Made by a program: the position numbers and the translations under genes. Below the pieces are notes generated by a model, which was not told the DNA's origin, did not search any database, and saw only the letters and a program-made list of their open reading frames with translations. This document shows positions 1 through 9,055 of a DNA stretch of 32,000 nucleotides, piece by piece. How positions within the stretch are numbered: the stretch's first letter is position 1; every line of letters begins with the position of its first letter. The DNA comes from Methanopyrus kandleri AV19. GTDB lineage: Archaea; JAADCQ01; Methanopyri; Methanopyrales; Methanopyraceae. The stretch covers positions 660,001 through 692,000 of the forward strand of contig NC_003551.1 of assembly GCF_000007185.1 (NCBI RefSeq), read 5' to 3'.

Positions 1-1821
1 CGCGATGGTAAGACTGGAATACCGGTCAAAGGCTCCCTAGCGACTGATCTCAGCAGGAACAAGAACCCTGACCCTGTCACGAACTTCGCCGACTGGTACG
101 GGGAAGATGTGGACAAAGATCGGCTGGAAAATCCTGACGAGAACCCCGTAATCACCGTCAAAGACCTGGTTATGAGAATAGGTAGGGTCTTTGGTAACTG
201 GAGACCGTGGACTCCGGTGGGAACCGGTCCTTACCGTGAGTATTACGATAAAAGTGATGGAACCGTCCACAAACTGGAGGACGCGAAAGACCCGAACGGT
301 GACGGGGCCGATGGTATAGTCCTGACGCGTCACGGTGCTCAGATCGACGATTCGTACCATCTGTTCGCGGCGTACGTGATGATGCCCAGGACGTTCTCGT
401 CTGTATGTCCGCTGGACGCTCCGATACTCGCGTTAACAACACAGCGTAACGGTCCCCCCGAGTTCGTAGTGTACGCTAACGTCAGAACCCCCCAAGATAT
501 AGCGAAGATCGACTGGGCTAACGTGGACGAGTCGTTAGGAGCGTCCAACATAGGAACGAACACCACCTACAGATGGAATAAGACTGAGGACCTTGACTTC
601 TACAATGACGAGCTGAAGTACTACAAGTACTACGATGACTGGTACTCGAGGAGCATAGGCATTCCGGCCGATTACCTCTACGGTGCTTCGGGATACAGCC
701 ACCTGGTCGTGATCGACCCCGAAGCTCAGTGGCCCATTACTCCCGCAGGAGGATTGATAGGCACATCGTCGACGGTCGAGCAGGTGCTGAGGACGCACAG
801 TGTCCTGTATGCGTATCTGAGGTTACCGAACAGGAGTCACGGAGTGCACACGCACTTCAACTACGACACCACTCATGGTTACTACTGGTACTTCAAGTTC
901 CCCGGCGGCATTCCCGTTCAGGGAGGCCCTCAGCCCCGTATCGTGGCCATCTGGATTAAGGCGCCCCACTGGCTCTACCAGTGGGCTCCGTGGGCCGACT
1001 CCGTGAGCGCATCGCTTGGATTCGCCAATACCAGGTTCAATAACGTCCCCGGTGACGGCCGCAGCGACGAGCTCGATATGACCATCAACATCCAGAGGCC
1101 CCCCGACATGCCTTCGGTGATCAAGAACTGGGCAGTTCAGGACGTGTACATGTTCGGCAACCTGGACGAGGATCCCGACAACTTCTGGATCTACATCGAT
1201 GATGAGGAGGTCTGGCCCGACGATTGGGTTCCCCCGTCGATCGAGGACCTGAAGTCGCTCTCCGGTGGTAAGATCGCCACTCCGGGAACCCACACGATCA
1301 GGGTCAGGGAGTACGAGCAACCGTCTCCTGAGGCCGTCGAAATCGGTCCGTTCAACGTCCTAGTCCTGTACAAGGGCACCATGTACCTGTACCTCCCCCG
1401 CCTCAAGAGGAGCAAGGAGGACGCCGTGAACGCTCTCAGGCAGGAGTTCGAGAGACTGGGGATCGACCCGGACGATCCCAGGGTCAGGATTACGGTCGCG
1501 CCGTCTCGGGGTTACGACAAGCCCCACAAGTTCAGACTCGTAGCCTGGCAGGAAGAACGCGTACTGTACACACCTGAGTATCTCCGACGGCTATCGACCG
1601 AAGCCCTCTCTCAGCTGCAGTCCTCGGGTGCCCTCAGCTACGTGGCCATGGAGTGGGAGTACTACCAGGACACGGGAGACGCAACGAAGCTGCGTCGGGC
1701 CCTGCAATCGTTACAGCCATTGCTGAGCTCCGTCCTGGGAGTGCACTTCAAGCTGGAGGTCTGGGACGAGAAGAACAAGCAGTGGGTGACGCTGCTCACG
1801 GATCAGGGTCCAGCGATTTAA
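1..1821 (+). CDS. Partial secreted/surface-type hypothetical protein, 5' end outside window
   Basis: Frame +1 is open from base 1 through the listed 109..1821 ORF to a TAA stop. The residues upstream of GTG109 read naturally (RDGKTGIPVKGSLATDLSRNKN...). Rich in Tyr/Trp/Pro, as in exoproteins. Confidence 0.7.
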   Translation, partial: RDGKTGIPVKGSLATDLSRNKNPDPVTNFADWYGEDVDKDRLENPDENPVITVKDLVMRIGRVFGNWRPWTPVGTGPYREYYDKSDGTVHKLEDAKDPNGDGADGIVLTRHGAQIDDSYHLFAAYVMMPRTFSSVCPLDAPILALTTQRNGPPEFVVYANVRTPQDIAKIDWANVDESLGASNIGTNTTYRWNKTEDLDFYNDELKYYKYYDDWYSRSIGIPADYLYGASGYSHLVVIDPEAQWPITPAGGLIGTSSTVEQVLRTHSVLYAYLRLPNRSHGVHTHFNYDTTHGYYWYFKFPGGIPVQGGPQPRIVAIWIKAPHWLYQWAPWADSVSASLGFANTRFNNVPGDGRSDELDMTINIQRPPDMPSVIKNWAVQDVYMFGNLDEDPDNFWIYIDDEEVWPDDWVPPSIEDLKSLSGGKIATPGTHTIRVREYEQPSPEAVEIGPFNVLVLYKGTMYLYLPRLKRSKEDAVNALRQEFERLGIDPDDPRVRITVAPSRGYDKPHKFRLVAWQEERVLYTPEYLRRLSTEALSQLQSSGALSYVAMEWEYYQDTGDATKLRRALQSLQPLLSSVLGVHFKLEVWDEKNKQWVTLLTDQGPAI

Positions 1822-1960
1822 AAGCCTGCGGACCATACCTCGTAACCGAGCGCCCCGACCCCGTGAATCCGAGCTCGGTAAGGAGATCACCGCCGCGTCG
1901 TGGCTTGCTCGTGGGAAACCTCGCGTCTTCGAGGTCAGCTAACAAAGGTGAAGGTGTGTG

Positions 1961-3658
1961 TTAGGGCCACACCCGGATGACTCTGCCGTTCTTCAGCACC
2001 ATGTCCGTGTTGGTACCCGGCAGCAGGAACCACTTCAGTATGTCGGCACCCGGGAGCGCGAACCCCTTCCTCCGGTCCGCGTCCGTGGCCAGCTGGAGCC
2101 CGATCCCCGCCAACAAGCTGTTGATTTGTCGAACCACGGGATCGTTCGAGTTGAAGCCGTACAGTCTGAAGAGTCGCACCGGCTCCCCCCGATCGTCGTA
2201 ACGCTCAGGCGGTCCGAACTCACTGGCTCGAACTCCGTTTATCACTCCTCTGAGCTTACCGCTCCTCGACGCCAACACCTCCATCCACGCCATCCAGTCG
2301 ACGGTCCCGAAGGGACCGTGTGCCCACACGTCCACCTCCTCCGCCGGCAGCGCGGGGATCAGCGTCTCCATACCGGCCTCGCACCTTTGGATAACATCCA
2401 CATCCGGGTCCTCGATGCCGTCGACCGAGACCACCCGGTTACTCGGGAGCACGTACAGTATCCCCGCGGCCCTCTCGATGAAGTTCGGGGGCCGACCCAC
2501 GTCGTCACCGAGCACGTTCTCCCTGGTCGGGAAGTAAGGAAGTATCACCCACTGGCTCTCCGTCTCACCGTCCACCTCGTTCTCGTTCAGGAGTTTCGTG
2601 TCGTCCCAGGGGAGCATCTTGCCCGGTATAGAGAGTACGTGGGCCAGCCTGAGCTTGTCCTCGTCGGCCTCACTGTTCCTCCCGTCACCGTTCACCTCGT
2701 TCAGGTACGCCGAGTAGAACCTTATCACGTCGGACTGCCCTACCCGTTCCCCTCCGATGGATCCGCCCTGCCCCACGGCCACCTGATAGTTGCCCATCAC
2801 GATCATCGGCTTGAACCTCAGCGGGCCGTCGCCCCACCGGTCCTTCGAGACGTAGTACGCCCAGATCGGGAGCGGATCGAACACGGCCTTGTTTTCGTTC
2901 CCCGAAGGAGCGTATCCCTGAATCGAGGCCTGGACGGTCGTCTGTCCGAGGTGGAGGTTGAATTGCTCCCATCCCGGTACCTGCGCGATGAGGTAGATGT
3001 CGAGGTGCACGTAAATCGTGAACGGGTCGTGGGCGTCGGGCACGATGGGTGTCCTGCTGACGTCCTTGGGATCAGAGCGCCCATACCAAGAGAGCCTTAC
3101 TTTCGGATGTTCGGGATCGCTCGTGTCCCAATACAAACTCCCATCACCAACGTAGCACCTGGGTACTATCCACACCTCTGCCCCTTGGGTCTGCTTGATC
3201 GAGTCATGAACGTCCACCGCGAGCTTCGCGAGCTCGTAGTCGATGTAGTAGCGCAGCGACTCTATCACGGTGCGGTACGAGTCGTAGTCCCCTTTCAGCC
3301 GCCCGACGTCGACGATGTCGTAAGGTGCAAGCAGCCCGGTGGGCGACGCCACCCACTCGATGTTAGTACCTCCCGCGTGGACGGCGATACGGCCGTATCG
3401 GTAACCGTTCTTCTCGCCGCCCGGCAGTTCGGTCCCGTTCAGGAAGTCCACGACGCCCAGGTACACGGCCCGGCTCAGCTGCTGATGCGTCATGGAGAGT
3501 ATGGCCTCGTTGATGACGGGCTTGATGTACTCGCATCGGATCAGGTACCCGGACTCCCTACCCCGGTACGACAGGTACGAAACGGACAGCAGCAACAAGG
3601 CCAACGCTAGTGCCACCGCCGGAGTGAACAGGAACCCCCTCTCCCCTCGGGGGATCAT
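1961..3658 (-). CDS. Membrane-anchored, pilin-like large surface protein (hypothetical)
   Basis: The listed ORF starts at 3709, but ATG at 3658 gives an ATGA overlap with the upstream gene and an N-terminus MIPRGERGFLFTPAVALALALLLLSVSYLSYRG (short basic leader plus hydrophobic helix). Confidence 0.7.
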   Translation of the reverse strand: MIPRGERGFLFTPAVALALALLLLSVSYLSYRGRESGYLIRCEYIKPVINEAILSMTHQQLSRAVYLGVVDFLNGTELPGGEKNGYRYGRIAVHAGGTNIEWVASPTGLLAPYDIVDVGRLKGDYDSYRTVIESLRYYIDYELAKLAVDVHDSIKQTQGAEVWIVPRCYVGDGSLYWDTSDPEHPKVRLSWYGRSDPKDVSRTPIVPDAHDPFTIYVHLDIYLIAQVPGWEQFNLHLGQTTVQASIQGYAPSGNENKAVFDPLPIWAYYVSKDRWGDGPLRFKPMIVMGNYQVAVGQGGSIGGERVGQSDVIRFYSAYLNEVNGDGRNSEADEDKLRLAHVLSIPGKMLPWDDTKLLNENEVDGETESQWVILPYFPTRENVLGDDVGRPPNFIERAAGILYVLPSNRVVSVDGIEDPDVDVIQRCEAGMETLIPALPAEEVDVWAHGPFGTVDWMAWMEVLASRSGKLRGVINGVRASEFGPPERYDDRGEPVRLFRLYGFNSNDPVVRQINSLLAGIGLQLATDADRRKGFALPGADILKWFLLPGTNTDMVLKNGRVIRVWP

Positions 3659-4569
3659 CCGGCGGTCACCCCTACCCGGAGTTTCACGGGGAACAGCCCG
3701 GCCGTCCACTGGTTCCAGAAGATCTCGTTCTCCGACCCGCTCAGGGTGACGGTGAACGGCCTCCCTCCGATCGCGATGATAGTCAGGGACAGTCCCGAAC
3801 CCTCACCCTCCGCCACGATCCTCCTGACGAGCTCCACGGGATCGTCGGTGGCCCAACCGGACGACGAGTAGAACACTATCCTGTTGCCTCCCGAGTTCAT
3901 GGAGATGGCCTCTCGGGCTAGCTCCTTGTACGCTTCCTCCTCCGACAACCCCGACTGGATCAGCTGGTTGTAGCGCTTGTGCAGCCACCTCACCCAACCG
4001 TACAGCCCGTCCCCAGATACGGTCACCCACACCACCTTAACCCCGGGGACGTTTCCGGAGTAGCTCACCGTGTTCCCCCAGACCTGCGGTAGGTTCTCGT
4101 CGTAGACCCACGTATCTCCACGCTTCACCAACATGACGTCGTAGGACTTGACCACCGCCTCGCCCGAGACGTTCAGATCGTCGTTGGGAAAGACCAGGTC
4201 CGCCATCATCCGGCCGTCGTTCACCTTAATGGGAGAGTCCAGCGAGCCGCCCTCGGAGTAGCGCGTCCACTTGTACGCGTCGACGGCCAGGTACATCCGG
4301 ACCCCCGTCCTCAGCGGCGCGCCTCCCCAGGTCCACTGCAAGGGCTCGCTCCACAGCCACACGATGTCGTACGACGTTAGATTGGCTCCCACCCAGGACG
4401 GTGAGGTCAACGAGGCCGCGAACCTGTCCACCGAAGCGTACAGCTCGTAGGTTCTAAGGGAGGTGATCCCGTGGGCTGTCACCACCCGGGCTACGTCGGT
4501 CACCAGGAGCAGGATGATGGCGGATATAAGTCCCGCGGCGAGCGCGTCGACGGTGATCTGGCCCCTCAA
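3655..4569 (-). CDS. Minor pilin-like protein with class III-like signal (hypothetical)
   Basis: N-terminus MRG|QITVDALAAGLISAIILLLVTDV; TTGA overlap with upstream gene. Confidence 0.7.
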   Translation of the reverse strand: MRGQITVDALAAGLISAIILLLVTDVARVVTAHGITSLRTYELYASVDRFAASLTSPSWVGANLTSYDIVWLWSEPLQWTWGGAPLRTGVRMYLAVDAYKWTRYSEGGSLDSPIKVNDGRMMADLVFPNDDLNVSGEAVVKSYDVMLVKRGDTWVYDENLPQVWGNTVSYSGNVPGVKVVWVTVSGDGLYGWVRWLHKRYNQLIQSGLSEEEAYKELAREAISMNSGGNRIVFYSSSGWATDDPVELVRRIVAEGEGSGLSLTIIAIGGRPFTVTLSGSENEIFWNQWTAGLFPVKLRVGVTAG

Positions 4570-4811
4570 GGCGTGGCCGCCCTCCGTACTACCTCGCTAC
4601 CCAGCTCCTTCATCCCGGCGGCCCATCCCGAGCCCGTGGTCGACACGAACCCACTGTTTGAAGCGTTAAGGGCGATACCTAAGGCGAACACGGCCGCTAT
4701 GACGGTCATCAACAGTATCGTCCACTCGACCGACACCTGACCGGAGCTACATCCATTTCGTAGCGAGCTCGTGACAAACGTTGGAAATCTTCTCGTTTTG
4801 GGCTCGGGCAA
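4566..4811 (-). CDS. Prepilin-like small protein (class III signal, G|QVSVEW)
   Basis: SSG|QVSVEWTILLMTVIAAVFALGIAL core. Start codon uncertain (see findings). Confidence 0.6.
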   Translation of the reverse strand: MPEPKTRRFPTFVTSSLRNGCSSGQVSVEWTILLMTVIAAVFALGIALNASNSGFVSTTGSGWAAGMKELGSEVVRRAATP

Positions 4812-4935
4812 CGTCGCCCAGCCCCGAAGAGGATTTCTTGAGGGGCATATAATAGCCTATGACCGCCGCCATGATGGCGACGGCGGCCACGAGCACTCCC
4901 AACACCAGCAGTTCTATGTTGGCTTGACCGCTCAC
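4747..4935 (-). CDS. Prepilin-like small protein (class III signal)
   Basis: GTG start at 4935 within the listed 4747..5061 ORF gives MSG|QANIELLVLGVLVAAVAIMAAVIGYY; GTGA overlap with upstream pilin gene. Confidence 0.7.
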   Translation of the reverse strand: MSGQANIELLVLGVLVAAVAIMAAVIGYYMPLKKSSSGLGDVARAQNEKISNVCHELATKWM

Positions 4936-5126
4936 AGTTTCTTGGCGGACGAGGCGAACCTTTCGAACCCCCCTGAGACGGCCGATCCCACGTCCTTCAG
5001 ACCCTGTTTCCCACCGCTGATCGGTAAATAGTACGCGATGACACCGACGGCTATGGCGCATCCCGCCACGATCGCTATGATCAGGAGGTACTCGACACCT
5101 CCCTGCCCTCTCACCCCCAGAGCCAT
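4932..5126 (-). CDS. Prepilin-like small protein (class III signal)
   Basis: MALGVRG|QGGVEYLLIIAIVAGCAIAVGVIAYYLP. Confidence 0.8.
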   Translation of the reverse strand: MALGVRGQGGVEYLLIIAIVAGCAIAVGVIAYYLPISGGKQGLKDVGSAVSGGFERFASSAKKL

Positions 5127-6085
5127 GACAGCGGGCTCCCCTGCAGCATGTAAGTGACCACGTACCCGGCGGCGATGGCCGGTGCGAAGGGAGTGGTGTG
5201 TCCCACCCTTATCCTATCTATCCCGAGTCGTTTCAACTTTTCGAGCTCCTCCTCGGTGAACCCGTCCCCGGAGGGCACGACCACGGGTTCCGCCCTACCG
5301 GTAGCAACCAGAAGCGCGCCTTTTAACCTACCGACACGCTCGGTCCCCTCCTCCGTTCGAACCACGATCTCCAACGGGATCTCTCCTTCCCTCAGTTCCT
5401 CTACGTTCCGTTCCTTCCCAGCCCATCGGTACGTGGTGAAGGCCGTCGAGAGGGCCACGGCGATGCCCACCTCCCAGAGGACGGCGATCGGAGACGCCCT
5501 GAGGTTGAGTAAAACCGCGGGGACGACGAGGGCGGGTAGGACGATCTTCAGCTTGGACTCGTACGACCTGGCGACCTTCCAGACCGCCAGGATCAGGAGG
5601 ATGCCTACCACCGAGGAGATCACGGTCCCCAGGATCGTCGCCACGCCTCCGGCGATCAAGCTCGCCAGAACCAGGATCGTGGTGTTCAGGCACAACTCCT
5701 TGAGGAAGGGGCGCCCACGGTCCAGCGCCGTACTGACGGTCAGGTACAGGAGTGCGAACGGTGCGTACAGCAGGATCGAGTTGAAGAGGACGTCGATACC
5801 CGTCGTGATACGATCGCCTCGATGGAGGAAGAGGGTGAGGGACGGTAGGAGCTTGACGTCACCACCTCCCAGCACGCCCAGCACGTTGAGGACGAGGGTC
5901 ACCCCGAACGCGACTCCGGCGTCCAACAGTGCGTAACCGAGGTGGGACGGATCGATGACCGCGGCGTAGATCGCCCCCGCGACGATCGCGGGATACGTAA
6001 GCCGGTTCGGTACGATCCCCCACTTGAGGTCGGTGATCGCGGCGACCGTGGCGACCGCCAGACCCGCCAAGAAGCCCACGTCCAT
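5111..6085 (-). CDS. Archaeal prepilin peptidase, A24 family (aspartate protease)
   Basis: Polytopic membrane protein with the two Asp motifs, ITDLKWGIVPNRLT and GGGDVKLL. ATG at 6085 (MDVGFLAG) preferred over the listed 6124. Confidence 0.85.
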   Translation of the reverse strand: MDVGFLAGLAVATVAAITDLKWGIVPNRLTYPAIVAGAIYAAVIDPSHLGYALLDAGVAFGVTLVLNVLGVLGGGDVKLLPSLTLFLHRGDRITTGIDVLFNSILLYAPFALLYLTVSTALDRGRPFLKELCLNTTILVLASLIAGGVATILGTVISSVVGILLILAVWKVARSYESKLKIVLPALVVPAVLLNLRASPIAVLWEVGIAVALSTAFTTYRWAGKERNVEELREGEIPLEIVVRTEEGTERVGRLKGALLVATGRAEPVVVPSGDGFTEEELEKLKRLGIDRIRVGHTTPFAPAIAAGYVVTYMLQGSPLSWLWG

Positions 6086-6090
6086 CGTCG

Positions 6091-7089
6091 CTACCCCGAC
6101 AGGACCGATAGGATCTCGTTCCACCCCTCGATCGGCCTGTCCTGAGCGAGCATCCTGATGCCCCTGTCGATGGCCTCGACCCGCCGCTTAAGCTCCTGTA
6201 CCCTGAGCCGTTCGTCTTCCTCCTCCATCTCGATCTGGAAGCGACGACTCAGCTTCCGAAGGGCTCCGATCACGATCGGCCGCTTGGAGACCCGGGCGAG
6301 CCTCTCCGTGTACTCGCTACCCAGCTCCTCGGCGAACCTCTTACACACGGTCAGAACCCGTTGCGGGTTCCTGAAGCTTTCGGACGCCAGATGCGCCAGG
6401 ATCAGTTCCCTATCCCCGACCTCTTCGCTGAGCTCGGAGTGGAGCCTCCAGACCTCGGATAAGGCGGTCAGTAGGAGGTGTTCCCGTTCGGTGAGTATAC
6501 CCCGATCGTTGAACTTCGCCCGTACACGACCGTCCGCTTCCTCCAACACCTCCGAGAGCGGCGCAACGGACAGCGAGCTGGCTATCTTATCCACGATCTT
6601 GAAGTGTCGGTTCCCGGGGATCTCGGACCCGGAGCGGAGCACCACGACGTCGTACGAGTCCAGCCTGCTCAACACCTTGTTTAGGAACTTCCTGTCCATG
6701 ACGTCGCAGACGATCGGGGCCTCGGTGACCTCGTACAGCCTGCCCACGCGACCCTTCCTGCTCCAGCCGGAACTGTCCGCGTCGAACCCGAGTTCCGGGA
6801 GCTTCCTCAACAGCGCCTTGTTCACGGCCAATGCCGGTGCGCGGAAGCATTCTCCGAACTCCGAGGACAATTCGATGTGTGCTTGAGCGTCCTCTTCCGG
6901 TACGTACGTGAGCGGTACGTCGGAATACGTGGTACAGTGGATGTCCCAGTCCACCGCCTCGAGCGCGTCACGCATCTCCAAAATCGACAAATAGTCCGTA
7001 AAAACCGTGAGGTGGGCGTCTCGGGGTAAGGCTCCGAGCCTGTGGTGTCCTCTCTCTCCGAAGAGATCCACCGTGATCACCAGTTTCAC
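6091..7089 (-). CDS. Hypothetical cytoplasmic protein within pilus operon
   Basis: 332-aa ORF, charged and helical C-terminus, no transmembrane segment visible; collinear with the surrounding operon. Confidence 0.7.
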   Translation of the reverse strand: MKLVITVDLFGERGHHRLGALPRDAHLTVFTDYLSILEMRDALEAVDWDIHCTTYSDVPLTYVPEEDAQAHIELSSEFGECFRAPALAVNKALLRKLPELGFDADSSGWSRKGRVGRLYEVTEAPIVCDVMDRKFLNKVLSRLDSYDVVVLRSGSEIPGNRHFKIVDKIASSLSVAPLSEVLEEADGRVRAKFNDRGILTEREHLLLTALSEVWRLHSELSEEVGDRELILAHLASESFRNPQRVLTVCKRFAEELGSEYTERLARVSKRPIVIGALRKLSRRFQIEMEEEDERLRVQELKRRVEAIDRGIRMLAQDRPIEGWNEILSVLSG

Positions 7090-7153
7090 GTTCAGACCTC
7101 CGTTTGAGCGTTGGTCCGGCGGTCTTGGGCGTGGTTCACGTAGTGATCACGAA

Positions 7154-7405
7154 TCACGTGATGCTGTTAGCATACGACTGTGCGGCGCTAGACGACGCCT
7201 TTGTGGCGGCTTCGGCTGCCGATTTCGTAGCTCCGGGTGGTGCGGCCGACTCGCCGGCCGCGCTGGCGAAACTCCACCAGTAGTACGCGACTAGGATTCC
7301 CAGTCCTATGAGAGCCGCGATGAGTATGAGGTACTCTACCCCTCCCTGCCCCTCCGCACCGGCGGACACTCTTCGAATAGTTTTAATTATTCTCCTAGCG
7401 GGCAA
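7154..7405 (-). CDS. Prepilin-like small protein (class III signal)
   Basis: AEG|QGGVEYLILIAALIGLGILVAYYWW. Start ambiguous: TTG 7405 or in-frame GTG 7369. Confidence 0.8.
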   Translation of the reverse strand: MPARRIIKTIRRVSAGAEGQGGVEYLILIAALIGLGILVAYYWWSFASAAGESAAPPGATKSAAEAATKASSSAAQSYANSIT

Positions 7406-7540
7406 CTCTCACACCAACCAACCGCCACTACTGACGTGACACCTGTCGACCGACCGATCAGTATGAATAGAGAAAGAAAGATAATTTAATCTGCCAAGGG
7501 AGATAAGTGCTGGGGCGTGGGGTCGCCTGGATTGCTGGGC

Positions 7541-7768
7541 TTACGAGATCTTATTCGCATACGTCGACGCCATTTCAGTACCCTTCGACTTCGCCGTGCT
7601 ACCTGCCGTCGAGGCGCCACCCGAAGCTGACTTACCGGCTGCCTGCGCTGAGGTCCACCAGTAGTACGCGATCAGGATTCCCAGACCGATCAGCGCGGCG
7701 ATCAGCAGTAGGTACTCGATACCACCCTGACCGCGCTCAGACTTTACGAACTCCTTCAGAGCGCGCAT
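7541..7768 (-). CDS. Prepilin-like small protein (class III signal)
   Basis: ERG|QGGIEYLLLIAALIGLGILIAYYWW. ATG 7768 has GGGGAGTG upstream; alternative GTG 7777. Confidence 0.85.
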   Translation of the reverse strand: MRALKEFVKSERGQGGIEYLLLIAALIGLGILIAYYWWTSAQAAGKSASGGASTAGSTAKSKGTEMASTYANKIS

Positions 7769-7858
7769 TTTACCCACTCCCCGGGAGTAAACCTACTCCT
7801 TTTCAATTTTTTAACTTTTCTCTTTCCGATTCACCCGACGTGCGTCGTTCTCAGTATG

Positions 7859-8047
7859 TTATACCCTAGACCACACTTCCGTAGCCTTACTCGCGGCGAC
7901 GTTAATCGAGTACGATCCGGTCTCCTTGGCGGCCGTCGCGGTGGACTTGGAGGAGGTCCAATAGTAATACGCGATCATTATCCCAAGACCCGCGAGAGCG
8001 GCGATTAAAATAAGGTACTCTATACCGCCTTGGCCGGAGCTCCTCAA
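7859..8047 (-). CDS. Prepilin-like small protein (class III signal)
   Basis: MRSSG|QGGIEYLILIAALAGLGIMIAYYYW. TTG start directly abuts the stop codon of the upstream gene. Confidence 0.8.
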   Translation of the reverse strand: MRSSGQGGIEYLILIAALAGLGIMIAYYYWTSSKSTATAAKETGSYSINVAASKATEVWSRV

Positions 8048-9043
8048 TTACATTCCCCCTGCTGCGAGGAACGATGGCATCACCGACACTATCGCCAAGT
8101 ACACACCGGCGGCGGCAGCACCCAACGGTAGCCCGAATACCAACCCCCTTTTCATGTTTCCGTACCTGATGATTCCTATTGCCATTCCCGACAACAACCC
8201 CAACACAAGCGGATACGAAGCCAGAGGATCCTTCGCTTGAAGGTACATCGGGAGCATGGCGTAGGTGGGGCCCATCCTCTCCATCATCGCCACTCCTATC
8301 ACGGCTCCGATCGATACTCCGACTGGGAGTCCTGAAATAAGCCCTCCCAGCGCCAGTGCGAGGCAGGGCATGGTCGTGATGGCTTTCCGTTCCAGTTCTA
8401 TCCTACGCACCTCTCGGATATCGTTTTCGACGGCTTCAAGCACGTCGGCCAGCGCTCCACCGGACATAGAGATCCTGACCGTCAGACGGACTGCACGTGT
8501 TAGGAGCTCCGAATTCACGCGCTCGGCCATGTCCAAGATGGCTTCCTCGAACGTTTTGCCCGTATCCATATCCCGGACGACTATCCGGAACTCTCGTGAT
8601 AGTTCCCCGTAGTCCGACTCGGCTACGTTCCGAATGGTTTCGAATATAGAAAGACCCGCGCGGAGCTCCTCTACCATTTGTCGTAGAGCATCTGGCAGGT
8701 TTTCTTCAATATCTTTAATTCTCAAACTCTGAACTATACGGGGGTGTATTAATAAGTATAACGGCATTACTGCGAGTAAGAACGCGGTCGATCCTAGTTT
8801 TGGAATTAATGGTCCTGAGATCGACATTCCTATAAGTACGTAAATGAGTGATGCGGATAGATATATCTCATAGGGTACGTCGATATTGCTTACTTGGAGG
8901 AGATAATCCATTCTTCTAAGGTATTCAGGAGACATGCGAATGACTAAAATTCGGGCTAGCGGTAGTGCGAGTGGATACAATATGAGTACAATTAGACGTA
9001 TCACAGGTCCTATATTCCTCAACATCGGTAGCAGTGGGAGCAC
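8048..9043 (-). CDS. TadC-like pilus assembly membrane protein
   Basis: T2SF/TadC features: LPDALRQMVEELRAGLSIFETIRNVAESDYGELSREF... and several transmembrane segments. Confidence 0.8.
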   Translation of the reverse strand: MLPLLPMLRNIGPVIRLIVLILYPLALPLARILVIRMSPEYLRRMDYLLQVSNIDVPYEIYLSASLIYVLIGMSISGPLIPKLGSTAFLLAVMPLYLLIHPRIVQSLRIKDIEENLPDALRQMVEELRAGLSIFETIRNVAESDYGELSREFRIVVRDMDTGKTFEEAILDMAERVNSELLTRAVRLTVRISMSGGALADVLEAVENDIREVRRIELERKAITTMPCLALALGGLISGLPVGVSIGAVIGVAMMERMGPTYAMLPMYLQAKDPLASYPLVLGLLSGMAIGIIRYGNMKRGLVFGLPLGAAAAGVYLAIVSVMPSFLAAGGM

Positions 9044-9055
9044 GATAATGGCCCC

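Noticed and set aside
1919-1934. Small hairpin CCTCG-CGTCTT-CGAGG between convergent genes
   Set aside because: Five-bp stem in GC-rich DNA without a T run; expected by chance.
1958-3610. 550-aa plus-strand ORF antisense to the 1961-3658 gene
   Set aside because: Arg/His/Pro-rich translation typical of a spurious antisense frame in GC-rich DNA; the minus-strand frame has a signal-anchor N-terminus and operon overlaps.
5154-6886. Long plus-strand ORFs (5154..5936, 6158..6886)
   Set aside because: Antisense to the prepilin peptidase and the 332-aa gene; low-complexity Ser/Arg/Thr translation, no domain signal.
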